This document shows positions 24,001-36,390 of a stretch of 64,000 nt of DNA, one piece after another (positions within the stretch are counted from its first letter, which is position 1; every line of letters begins with the position of its first letter). Origin of the DNA: Cystobasidiomycetes sp. EMM_F5 (taxonomy: Eukaryota). The notes under the pieces were generated by a model that was not told where the DNA came from, did no database searches, and was given only the letters and a program-made list of their open reading frames with translations. A program made the position numbers and the translations under genes. The stretch covers positions 124,001 through 188,000 of the forward strand of contig JBPGPT010000011.1 of the NCBI GenBank assembly GCA_051047955.1. Reading direction: 5' to 3'.

Positions 24001-27000
24001 CAGCTGTGGAAGAGCAGACATTGGAAACTTGCCGAATGTCGGATGATAGGTTCGAGCAGGTGTATCGTGTTGACATGATGGATCCCGACTGGACATTCCG
24101 GAAGGGTACCCTACAGGTCGGTCTAGATGAAGGAACTATCGAAGTACAAGCCCTTCTGGACGAAGAATATCAATCCTTATATGAAGACAGAAAGCTGTTG
24201 CGAGCGGATATCTTTCCTAAGGGTGACTCGACGAAGGTTCTGCCCGTCAATCTATCTCGCATAATCCGTAATGCTCAACAAATCTTCCACATCGACTTTT
24301 CAAAGCCTTCGGATCTTGCTCCTGCAGAGATTGTGGTGGCTGTCCGCGATGTGCTGGATAAACTCATCGTTATTCGAGGCAAGCGGGATGCCTTGACGAC
24401 AGAAGCGCAAGACAACGCCCTTTTACTTTTCAGTATTCTCATGCGGTCGACTTTCGCCACCAAGCGTGTCTTACAGGATTTCCACCTGAACCAGGAGGCT
24501 TTTGCTTGGATCTTAGGCGAAATCGAAACCAGATTCAATCAATCTGTCGCGCATCCAGGCGAAATGTGCGGTGTTATCGCAGCGCAATCTATCGGTGAAC
24601 CAGCCACTCAGATGACCCTAAATACTTTCCATTATGCCGGTGTCGCGTCCAAGAGTGTCACTTTGGGTGTACCGCGATTAAAGGAAATCATCAACGTGGC
24701 GACAAACATCAAGACGCCTTCGTTGACAGTATATCTTGACCCGCGATACAGCAAAGATAAGGTGTCCGCCAAAATCATTCAGTCTCAATTGCCATACACT
24801 ACTCTTAAGACCGTCACGGCAAGCTCCGAAATTTTCTATGATCCTCATGTGAACACAACGCTCATCGAAGATGATCGTGACTTCGTTCATGCGTTCTTCG
24901 AAATCCCTGATCCGGAGGTCGAGCAGAACATGCACCGACAATCGCCGTGGCTGCTTCGTTTCGAACTCAACAAACGAAAGATGGTAGACAAGGATTATGA
25001 TATGGCCTACGTCGCAAGCAAGATACAAGCTGTCTTCGAAGCGGATCTCTTCGTCATTGCGTCGGAAGACTTAGCTGAAAAGCTTGTCATTCGATGCCGT
25101 GCCTTGCAAGAGTCTGACAAGACCGCTGATGAACAAGACGAAGAGAACGCTACACCCGAGGATGTCTTCCTTAAGCAGGTTGAAGGTAGCATGCTGTCTC
25201 AGATCAGCTTGGGCGGTATCGATGGCATCGAGCGTGCCTTTATCGTCGAGCACAAGCGTGACGTGATTGGAGAGAACGGCGAGTTTAACAAAGTCTCAGA
25301 ATGGGTGCTGGAGACGGACGGCATCAACCTTCGCAAAGTGTTGACCGTTGACGGCGTCGATCCCGTTCGCACGACTTCGAACAACTGCGTTGAAATACTG
25401 GAAGTTCTTGGCATTGAGGCAGCTAGGCAGTCTTTGATGCGAGAAATGCGACACGTCATCGAAGCTGGTGGTTCCAGCGTCAATTATCGACACTTGTGCC
25501 TGCTTGTTGATGTGATGACTAACAGAGGTTCCTTGATGGCAGTCACTCGACATGGCATCAATCGAGCAGACACGGGCGCATTGATGAGATGCTCCTTTGA
25601 AGAGACTGTCGAGATTTTGATGGAGGCTGCTTCGATCGGAGAGCGAGATCACTGCACAGGTGTAGCAGAGAATGTTCTGCTCGGACAGCTTGCGCCTATG
25701 GGAACCGGTTCTTTCGACGTGGCACTGGATCTAGACATGCTGAAAGAGGTCGTCATGGATCATCGTCTCCCTACGCAGAATATGGTGGCAGCAGATGGGT
25801 CAATGACACCGGGCGGTAGTATGACTCCGTATGCAGAAATGGACGGCCACGGCGGCAGGACGCCTGGTGGCATGAACTACGACAATTTGGCACTCAATGC
25901 GCAATTCTCGCCGATCGTACAGTCCGGTGCCGAAGAGGGCGTCGGCAATATGTACGGTGGCTACGGGGCGAGTCCGTACACACCTCGAGGCGCTGGAGCA
26001 ATGAGTCCTGGCGGGTATGGAATGTCGCCCGGAGGCCAATCCCCAAGCGGCTGGTCACCTTCCTCTCCTGCGTTCTTCGCACCATCAGGTAGTCCAGGTT
26101 ACATTTCATCACCCTTCGCTTCGCAGTACAGCCCTACCTCTCCACGCATTCATATGTCGCAATCGCAGACATCGCCTGCATCACCGTCTTACGCGTCGCC
26201 GTCATTCGCATCGCCTAGCTTCTCGCCGGCGGCGGGATCGCCTGCCTCGCCACGTTTCAGTCCTCAGAGTCCAAATTACGCAAGTCCGCAGAGCCCAAAT
26301 TTCGTTTCGAGCCCGCGCTACTCGCCTCTAAGCCCGAACTTCGTGTCAAGTCCAAAATACAGTCCCTCCGCCACCTCTCCCGTCTATCATAGCCAATCTG
26401 CCTCAAGCCCGCAGTTCAGTGCGTTCCAAAGTTGTACCCGAGTGAGAGAAGAGATAGACTGACATATCTCGTACTTTGCCTCATCGTCGGATCACGTTTC
26501 TACTCTATTTTTTTCGTCTTTCGCGCTTTCACCTTTTCTCTTTCCTCCATCGGCATTCTCTCTTCGGCTCATCTCGTCCATCTTCTCTCATCTCTTCCTT
26601 TCGCTCTTCTCATCCCTGTGTGCTCTTCTATTTATATCTGATGTCCTTTTACTGCTGTTCGCTCGGTTAAAATTTTCATCTCGCACTATAATCTGCGCGA
26701 CATTCCCACACGTCAAACCCACACGACAAACCCACATGACAAACCCACACGACAAACATACAATACAACCTGTCTGCCAAAAACGCACTCTTGCGCCTTC
26801 TCCTCTACCTCGCTTCTTGTTTTTGTGGTACTTCTCTCGTCCCCAGCACCAACTTCCCCCAAATACAGTCCTCGCAGCGTAGCGTACAGTCCCACAAGCC
26901 CGCAGATGAGTCCAGGGAATGCGAGCCCAGCGTACAGCATCACTAGTCCTCAATTCAACTCTCAATACTCACCCGCGTACTCACCCCGACTCAATCAAGG

Positions 27001-27016
27001 CTATGGTCGTCAGTGA
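21028..27016 (+). CDS. RPB1: RNA polymerase II largest subunit
   Basis: [40 protein letters not shown], catalytic [24 protein letters not shown] and an S/P/Y-rich CTD. The last CTD exon (26847-27016) joins in frame after the long intron; extreme 3' end uncertain. Confidence 0.98.
26419..26846 (+). other. 428-nt RPB1 CTD intron with a distant branch point and an AG-exclusion zone
   Basis: Donor GTGCGT at 26419, ACTGAC at 26458-26463, no AG dinucleotide in 26458-26844, acceptor CCCCAG ending 26846. Splicing gives ..[15 protein letters not shown].. in frame. Confidence 0.85.
26705..26756 (+). repeat. Tandem repeat, 13 bp x4 (CCCACACGACAAA)
   Basis: cccacacgtcaaa cccacacgacaaa cccacatgacaaa cccacacgacaaa, followed by a degenerate copy catacaatacaac. 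Confidence 0.9.
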
Positions 27017-27645
27017 GGATGCTGATCGCGTCATTCAGCACCCCAGAAGAGCTGCATTTCAGTATACGTCGGCGAACGACCCGGGAGTGAGGACAAACGA
27101 CCAAAGCATGGGCAAACGACCTGAATTGGCAGACTAACAGCCCTGGTACGTGTGCGTTAGGCTTATATATGCTCAAGTGCGGGTTTCAGCCGTGTATCTC
27201 TCGACTTCTATCGATATTTGTGAGTTCGTGTCGAGGAAGTCCGAGTCAGACAATCAGGTTGATATGAATCGATAATTATGTACTTTAGTTGTACGCGCTG
27301 GCAAGCGCTTGCAGACTCAGTCAGACCTGCTAATTGGAACAAACATACTCCCGTAAACTTTTGTGCATCTGTCAACAGGGAAGCAAGGAATTCAGCTGAG
27401 TATTGATCTTAAGCACCAGAAGGGCTGTCAAAGCGGGCTATCGTTGTTGTATGTTGGATGTAGTGGTAACGAGAGTGTTTATCACGACTGCAATTACGTG
27501 CAATGCGTGTTTGCGAGGGAAGCTCCCAATATTCGTTGATATGTACCTGGTCGTCTGCCCCCTTGAACGTCAGACTTGCACCAAGTGCCAAACACTGCTC
27601 CAACACCATGCGGTAGCCTTGATACAACTTTGCAATACTGCGTCT

Positions 27646-29338
27646 ATGCCACTCGACAGCGCAAGCGCAATGCTTAGCTCAGTATCGTCGTTTGTCCGGC
27701 GTCGGCAGCGAGGCATTGCCGCTGTCGCCTCTGCTGCTGGCGGCGTATACCTTCTGGCTCGGTATGCCCGCCAGCGCTTCGCAGACCTCTCTGAACAGCT
27801 GGTATCTGACCGCGCTGCCAAAGAAAAGTGGGCTGCTGACGCGCTTGCACTGGAGTGCCCGGTATGATGCTGGTTGCTGATTTGGTTTGATGCAACAGCC
27901 TGAGGCGACGGTTTCAGCAAAATCAAGAGGATTGTGCATTCACGCTCATGGCTCTTTTGCCGGAACTCTCAAGACAGATCCTTGAAGAGTTGGATGTCGA
28001 AGCTCTTAGTACAGAACTCCAGAATAGAGCGGAGGCAGTGAAAAAGGCAAGGTCTGCTCAGACGGCAGCTACCGAAAGTCTCAATACAAGCACTGCCGAC
28101 TTGAACGCGAGCACAACTCTGCCGAATCCATCAGATAGTCTACAGCAACAGCAGGCGGAAATCAGTCAAGACAAGCTAAACAACGCGAATGCAGATGGCC
28201 CAAGTAGGTCACAAGTAGCAGTATGTCATCCCTGTCACAACTTGCTTGCGTGCTTCACTTACTCGACCGGCTTTCAGGCAGAACCGTGTAGTACACCACC
28301 GGATCCACGGAGCAAGGCGGAGTTGTGGCAGGAGCTCAAGCTTATGAGTGAGTCTGGTCGCTCGTCGTATTCCCTACGGCTCATTTTATCTGCGTCATGG
28401 CAGCCTTCCATCGTACTTGTACAGCAATGTACCTCATATGCATACTGGCAATGCAAACACATATTCAACTGAATCTCATCGGAAGACATAAATACATTTC
28501 ATCCGTGTATGAGCAGGCGACCTCCTGTGCCTCAGCTTCATCGGCGTCGGCGTCGTCTCTCCATTCCGTCCTGGATGGAGATGCCTTTTCGGAAAAAACC
28601 CAGCTGAATGGTCACAGATTAGATGGTGATCTCAATGCTATCGCTGAACGACAATACCTGACATTCACATGGTGGCTATTGCAACGTGGCTGGAAGCGAG
28701 TCAGTCAAAGGGTGCGAAAAGCAACGGAGAACGTCGTCCAGGGGTACGTGTACTGAATCTACAGACATCGACATGACTGAAAGTAGCATGATATGTGTAG
28801 CATCTCACTGAAGACGTCTCTGGATACATCCGAATTGAGAAAAATTATCGCAGACATTCGTCGTGAAGTCGAGTACGAAGACGATGGCTCAATATACAGC
28901 TTTGAAGCTGTAATACTCCCAAGTACTGCGCCGGAAGAAGCCGAAACATTAAAAAACAGCGGGCTTGTGACGTTTGAAGACGACTCAGCTTCAGTTGGAC
29001 CAGAGTTACGGCAGCTCTTGGACGAAACGCTGGACTTTATCGAATCACCAGATTTTGCAGTAGTACTGCGTTCATGCCTGAACCGGACGTTTGCGCGGTT
29101 GGCTCAGTCGCTTGCCCACCTCTTTGCCGATGCCTCGATCCCTTCCAGCACTACACGGTTCTCAGAGGTCACCGAAAGCAAAGTAAGGCTGGCGGCCATA
29201 TTACCGGCTCTTGGACGAGCGACGCACTCTGTTCTCATGGAAATGCCAAACGAGTACGCCGATGCCATTGCGCAAAATCGGGAACTGCAAGAGTTTTCCG
29301 CTGTTGTATACTCTAGTTTTCCATTGCAATCGTCATAA
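27646..29338 (+). CDS. PEX3: Peroxin-3
   Basis: RRRQRGIAAVASAAGGVYLLARYA..AKENLRRRFQQNQEDCAFTLMALLP, KAELWQELK, IQLNLIGR, YLTFTWWLLQRGW, LLDETLDFIESPDF, FSAVVYSSF. Confidence 0.95.
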
Positions 29339-29632
29339 TTGTGATACGGTCGAACTACAAAGGGCAGCTTTGCCGATGCATTTGTTGAAGTATGCGCATT
29401 CGACAGGTCACCACTCGGTACCACTCGCATCCAGGGGCGGACGATGTGATGACCCGAAGGCCGGACCAGTTCGGCCAACTCAATGCTCGCACTCACCGTC
29501 ACTGGCTTTGCACTACTCATCTCATCAAATTCCTGTATCGTGGATATCCTGACATTGCAGCTCTTCTCGTGCTCGCTGTTCTAGATCCCCGACGTCTTGT
29601 CTGCTGTGGAGGCCCGCGCGTGGCAACCAAAC

Positions 29633-30939
29633 ATGGGGGATGCTTCGGACACTCGGATTCGGATACTGCGGCTGTCGCACATGCGATACAGCTTCTCTGA
29701 TCTGGAGAAGACGCATCAATTCTTGCTGGACTTTGGGATGGAACACATCGCGACCGAAGGAAGCAAGCGGTATTATTCTGGGCAAGGGCCAGATCCATAC
29801 TGCTACATTGCGCAGGAGGTAAGCCACGACGTACGCGGATGTCCCGACTGTACCCTAACCTGCTGATCCGGCAGGGGGATGACGAATTTCTCGGCGGCGC
29901 GTTCTTGTTGGAAAGCAAGGCTGAACTGGAAAGAGCGGCACAGGTAATACCGGGCGCAAGTCAAGTACATTCGTACGATGGACCCTCTGGCGGTTATGCG
30001 GTCACTTTCAAAGATCCGGATGGCTTTCCGACGACTCTAGTGTGGGGATTGACGGACAAGAAACCAAAATTGGACGAAGAGGCCATACCCGATGTGAATT
30101 TCCCGAACCCCAAGCAGAAGCCACGAAAGGGGCAGTTCAGAAGGTATGTTAGAAAGCGTGGAATCGCTCATCCAGCTGATATCAGGCTTTACTTCTACAG
30201 GTTCGAACAAGGTCCGTGCCCGGTGTACAAGCTGGGCCACTACGGATTGTGAGAAATTACCTGCACTGACATCCATACAAAAGTCTCACTTTCGTCGTTT
30301 CTGGCAGACTCGTCAGCAATTTCGACCAGACATACAATTTCTATCGGCAGTACCTAAATCTGAAGGCGACGGATGTTCTTACTGCTCCGGACGGCAAATA
30401 TGTAGCAGCATTCTTGCATGTCGATAGAGAAGAGGAGTATGTCGACCACCATACCTTTTTCTTTTCCGAGAACTCGCAGCATTTAGGCGTACATCACTGC
30501 TCGTTCGAGGTTCACGATCCGGATGTTCAAGCCATTGGACACGATGTAGGTGCAATCCCGACTGCGTCATCGGATAATCTCACTGACGAATCATTTCCAG
30601 TGGCTGGAACACAAAGGCTACGAACTCAGCTGGGGCGTTGGACGACACATCCTTGGCTCGCAGGTTTTCGACTACTGGTATATGCCTGGTCCTGCAGGCA
30701 AGATAAGACAGATCGAACATTATAGCGATGGGGATTTAGTCAACTGTCATAATGAGACGGGGTATCTTCCTGCTGCGGACGAAGCACTAGCTAGTAAGGC
30801 TTTGCCACACACGTTTCGACAGTCGCTGACGCTACTCGTAGTATGGGGTCCAGCGGTACCAGCGGGCTTTATGGACGCAATTCCAGACAGCCAGCTGCCT
30901 ACTAATGCGGCCTCTCATGAAATACAAGCCGTAGCATGA
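29633..30939 (+). CDS. Two-domain VOC/glyoxalase-family extradiol-type dioxygenase (trihydroxytoluene oxygenase-like)
   Basis: RLSHMRY..DLEKTHQFLLDFG, FKDPDGF, VYKLGHYG, DHHTFF..VHHCSFEV, WGVGRHILGSQVFDYW, IEHYSDGDLVN, WGPAVP. Confidence 0.85.
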
Positions 30940-31381
30940 GCGTAGCATGAGTGACGCAAGTGTGATCCCGAGCATCGAGGTGAGGTACACCAGCAGCGGA
31001 CGACGTGGTTGAGTGTTAATCGGAGTCGAAATATTGGGATTGAGAGTCTGTGCCAGCCAGTCAGTCACTAGGGATTTGCGCGCCTCTAAATTGTAAACGT
31101 TCGACCGGTACGAGAAGAAGATAGGCATTTGAAACCTCGCCAGATTGTGACCGAATAAATTAATTACGTGTATAAAGCTATGCTAGTATAAAACGGCTAC
31201 ATGGCCAAATAAGAACGATATACCTCCAGTGTCTATTTTCAAATTGCTATTTTATACTGATGAACATTTTAGATTTCCGACCACTAGAACGCAAGGTTTC
31301 CACACCTTGACAGCTTGCGACAGATATGACGCGTCTCATGGTATGGCACTATGTGCTCATTCCCTTTTGGCGTATGACCGT

Positions 31382-32441
31382 TTACATCGACATGCTGACC
31401 GGGACGGAGGGAAGGGCCGCGGAAGTAGCGGAGACGAGGGCAGATGTGATTGCAGCAACAGCGCTAGAAGTAGCGTTTGTTGCGTTGGCAGCACGGGAAG
31501 TGACGGACGCAGCGACTGAAGACAGCCTAGAAGTATTTGTGGCACCGGCAATGGCGCTGGTCGGTGCTACGAGCGAGGAGGTAACGGAAGTGGTATTGGT
31601 GGTGTTGGTAGTCAAGGCAGCTTGGAGGTTTGCCAATTCGAGCTGTGCCAGAGTGGAAACAAGAACTCGTCCAGTATCCTGGTTGGAAGCGCAGAAGTTG
31701 GTGAAGAGGTTGACCAATGTTCGGTTATTGGCGGTACCGTTGGTGTTGACGCCAGTATCGCTCCACTGCAATACAGTCTGGTAGTTATTGATAGAGACAA
31801 CACCAGCGTTGTACGGACCGTTGGTACTGTTCCAGATGAAGCTTGCGTAGCCAGTTGTAGTATTGCGGGTAGTATTAACGAGGCGTTCGTTGATAGACAA
31901 ACCCATTAGGTTGATATTATGAGAAGCACCAACGGCAGAGCCGCCAGTCGCATTGGTGACATTGGGGAAGAAGCGCGAAGTAGACCAGTTGCCGAAGGCG
32001 GCCGACACACGGGATACGGCTAAGGGAAGCGTAACATTGGCTTGAGTATACGTAAGGAGGTATCCGACTGGGCATGGGTAAGCAGGGTAGCTTTGATTTC
32101 CAGTAACACCAGTGGCCGAAGGAATGAGAACGCCGGCTGTCACAAGTCTTTCGCCGTCAGTCGATTCGAAAAAAAACGTGATAGTTGCAAGACTTACAAG
32201 TCGAAGTAGCATTTCCGGTGACGGTAGCGTTCGGGGCCACAGCAGACGAAGCTCGCGAAGTAACGTTGGCTGCGACACTGCTTGCTGCACTGGCAGCGCT
32301 AGAGATAGCAGCCGTCAAGCTTGAGACTGCGCCAGTAGGGACAACCGGTGCGCTCGTGACAGTTGCCTGCCTGGCTTGAAGAGGAGAGGCATTGACTACA
32401 GACAAAGCTGCGAGAGTGATGACTGCTGCGTTGTAGAGCAT
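31382..32441 (-). CDS. Secreted Ser/Thr/Ala-rich glycoprotein with a central globular domain
   Basis: Signal peptide MLYNAAVITLAALSVVNASPLQAR, one short intron (~32139-32197), central ~170-aa domain with two Cys and many NxT/S sequons. 3' end uncertain. Confidence 0.7.
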
Positions 32442-33073
32442 GTTTTTTTGGTCGGTAGAGATACAGAGGATCTGTAAGGAATTGACGTTGGTGGTGGGGA
32501 AGGAAAGAGCGAGATACAGTCATCGGCTACGAATGTCAGAATATTTCGAAAACGTTCTTCCCGTCAACACTGCCTCCTTTTGGCATCTCGCGCAAGTTTT
32601 ACGTCAATGGTGGTGGCAAAAAGAGCCGCAGCCCCTGGACCGTAAGCTGTATGCTGGAGCGTCGACAGCACTTGAACGCCGAGTACGATAGCCTTCTCAC
32701 AGCTGTCGCTCATTCGCATTTAAAGTCGTCGTTGCAACGTCCAGCTTTTTAGCATTTGCAGACGTCGTTTACGCGCGCGTCAAACTGTCAGAATGTCAGA
32801 ATTTAAGCATCTGTCTTGTGGAAAATTTGGACGCCCAGCGGTGGTTGAGTGAAGGGCAGCACGGTATGCTGCGTTATAAAACATACTGGACTCAAGCTAG
32901 TCGGGTCTTGAAGTCTTTCTTGAATGTATATGGTCTGCCGAGCCTTTTCGGTCCAGTACTTTCTGATATCGCCAATCAAGCGAGGTCGACATTGCAAGCG
33001 ATGGAACGGCGGGATCGCAACCGTCAGCCTGCCCCTCCTTGATCCATGCCAGTGTTTCTCTGCGGGACTTATA

Positions 33074-35275
33074 ATGGCCAGCCATGATGTTCCGTCAGTC
33101 GGGGCGATGATCTACATTGGCGTAAAGCCTCTCATAAAGTCGGTTGCTTCATTGTATAGCGTCGTTGACACGCAACACCTTGCTTACCGTGTGCCGCAGA
33201 TTCGTAATACCGGTTTCGTTTGGCTTCATTTTAGGCTACAAAGACCTCTTTCCCTTGGCAGCTTCAAAGGGCGCAAGCCAGCTTATCATCAATGTGTGAG
33301 TCTCAGAGTATATAAATTCAAACCGCCTTTACCTGCAACTGACCGTCAGCGCAGCCTCATACCGTCTCTGCTGTTTGCAAACGTCATCAAATCAATCGAT
33401 ACCAGCAACGTCTCGGCCCTCGGTCCCATTACCCTCGTCGGAGCCCTCTATCAGATCCTTGGATTGGGTCTAGCTTGGCTTGTCCGCTTGACCTTTCCTG
33501 TACCAAAGAACTTCAGAAATGGAGTGAGTGAATGTCCCTCATCGCGGCCCTATACTGTATTTCAGCTGATGCAGTACAATCAGCTTCTTGTAGCAGGCCT
33601 GTTGGGTAACTGGGTACGCAGAAGTCTAGTCATGCTATCGAACCGGTCAAAGCTAAAGCAATCGCATACCCTTAGGGTGATTTGCCGTTTGCCATCCTCC
33701 AAACCGTTACCGCAGCCGCCCCTTTTGATCCGTCCACAGATCCGTCGCTTGCTCAGGCTTACGCAAGTGTATACGTCGTGATCTTTATCGTTACAATGTT
33801 CCCGTGCGTTCACAGATATGCTTAGCAAGTCTTTAGTACCCTGGCTTACATCGCACTCATTTCAGCTTGCGAGCAGTCGCTCTGTTGGCAAGAGATTACA
33901 GATATCCCTGTGCAGGAATGCACACAAATCCTCCCTTGGCGAGACTGGCGGCAAGATACATTGGACGATCAAAACAGCCAGGCAGGCCAATTCATGTCGG
34001 AATGCGCACCTCAGCAGAACAGTCAAGCGACAGCGATCATGAGGGAAAGGATATAGGAGCGCTTGAGGATAACGTCAAGGGCGTAATGCCATCCTCGACC
34101 GCGAAGGAAGGTACAGCTGGGGTCGGCATCAAACCCGGCTTCTCGACTCTCAGGAGACGAGATACGGCAGCTTCTACCAATTCTTCCATCCTCATTCACG
34201 AAGCTGCATTGGCTGGCGCAGGTCCATTTACCTTGAATGGCCCATACGACCGTCAACGTAGGCCATGTGACGATGATGCAATCCGCGAAGAACCGGACCA
34301 GCCGACTCGGCCTGGCAGCCTCATGGCCGTTGCCTCCTTAGACCGCGTTGCCCAGGCCCTGTCGCATACGCGAGGACCTCTGGTAGGCAAAGCAAGGGTT
34401 GAATCTAAATGGACACACATGCAAAGCGCGATATCCCACGAGATTGTCACTTTTGCGAAAGCTCTTCTCAATCCCCCTACACTCGCACTATGCGTGGCCC
34501 TGATTTGCGCGCTGGTCAAACCTCTAAAGGCCCTTTTCGTGACGATACCTGGATATGACGTTCATTACGCGCCTGATGGCAGTATGTACACTGCGAGATG
34601 GCAATCGATAAAGGCTGACAGTCGCACGATCACTAGAACCAGTCCTCGACGTACTTTACGAAGTCACAACATTCATGGGCGGCGCTGCAGTGCCAACCTC
34701 CCTTGTCATCTTGGGATCGGCGTTGTCGCGCATTAGTGTGCCTCGACCAATCTCGAAATTGCCTATTCGTGCCATATTCGCAATGGCAGTTTGTCGCCTG
34801 GTGCTGTTACCAATTCTCGGAATGTGAGCCGATCCAGCTCGAGCCGGACTGCTGGCCATTTGACTAATACCTTGGGCGTCTGACAGCCTTATTGTACAGG
34901 GTCTCACATTTCATACATCCATAATTCCACCCACAAACACAGTACTTCGATTCTCAATGCTTATTTTGTCCTGTGTTCCCTCCGCAACCAATCAAATCGT
35001 TCTCACAAATTTAGTGGCTCCTGATGCCGAATCCAGCAATGCGGATATTTTCGGTGGGCAGGCCTACATACGGTCATGTTCACGAGTCATTGCGCTAATG
35101 TGAGAGTTGCGGCTTTTCCTGATTATTTCTAGGTTGCTTCCTGCTTGTACAGTATGTCGGCCTATTTGTCGCTATGACTATTACTGCAGCATATTCTGTT
35201 TCTTTGGGTCAGTCATACCTCTGCTGCAATCATCTGAATGTGCTTGCTGATCTGGCTGTTGCAGTATTTGGGTAG
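33074..35275 (+). CDS. Auxin efflux carrier (AEC/PIN-like, Mem_trans) membrane protein
   Basis: VGAMIYIGVKPLIK, IPSLLFANVI, GNWGDLP, NPPTLALCVALICALVKPLKALF, FMGGAAVPTSLVILGSAL, RLVLLPILG, VPSATNQ. Confidence 0.85.
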
Positions 35276-35383
35276 TTTGAGCTTAATCCCAGCAGCCGCA
35301 TTTCCGTTATAGAAGTCGATAGACGCGTATTAGACGTAACGCAGTACCCGCTCGTATACATCGGCATTGTACATCACTGTACA

Positions 35384-36215
<832 letters not shown>

Positions 36216-36390
36216 AGCGGAGACGCAGGGCGACCAGGGTCTTGAAGTATTCGATATCTTGAGCAGTTTCCCGTTCCATTGCCCATGCTAGTCTGCGCAG
36301 ACCTGCATCGTTACGGTCGGGAAAAATCCAACCAAGTCGGGCGTTGGAGTACTCGAAGTCAGCTGGGTCTGGATTACGACAAACCGTCGA

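Noticed and set aside
22460..26112. Multiple antisense ORFs over RPB1 (and over other genes)
   Set aside because: Shadow frames of coding sequence with no recognisable motifs.
26705..26769. CRISPR array or telomeric repeat
   Set aside because: No spacers, eukaryotic intronic context, and the unit is not a recognisable telomere repeat.
26432..26965. Hydrophobic ORFs 26432-26641, 26476-26670 and 26588-26965
   Set aside because: By-products of the pyrimidine-rich intron composition.
27017..27200. Extra RPB1 3' exons
   Set aside because: Splice-like signals exist, but no combination gave a convincing CTD-like extension; left unresolved without cDNA.
30930..30951. 11-bp direct repeat CGTAGCATGAG x2 at the dioxygenase stop
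   Set aside because: Simple local duplication with no transposon ends or other support.
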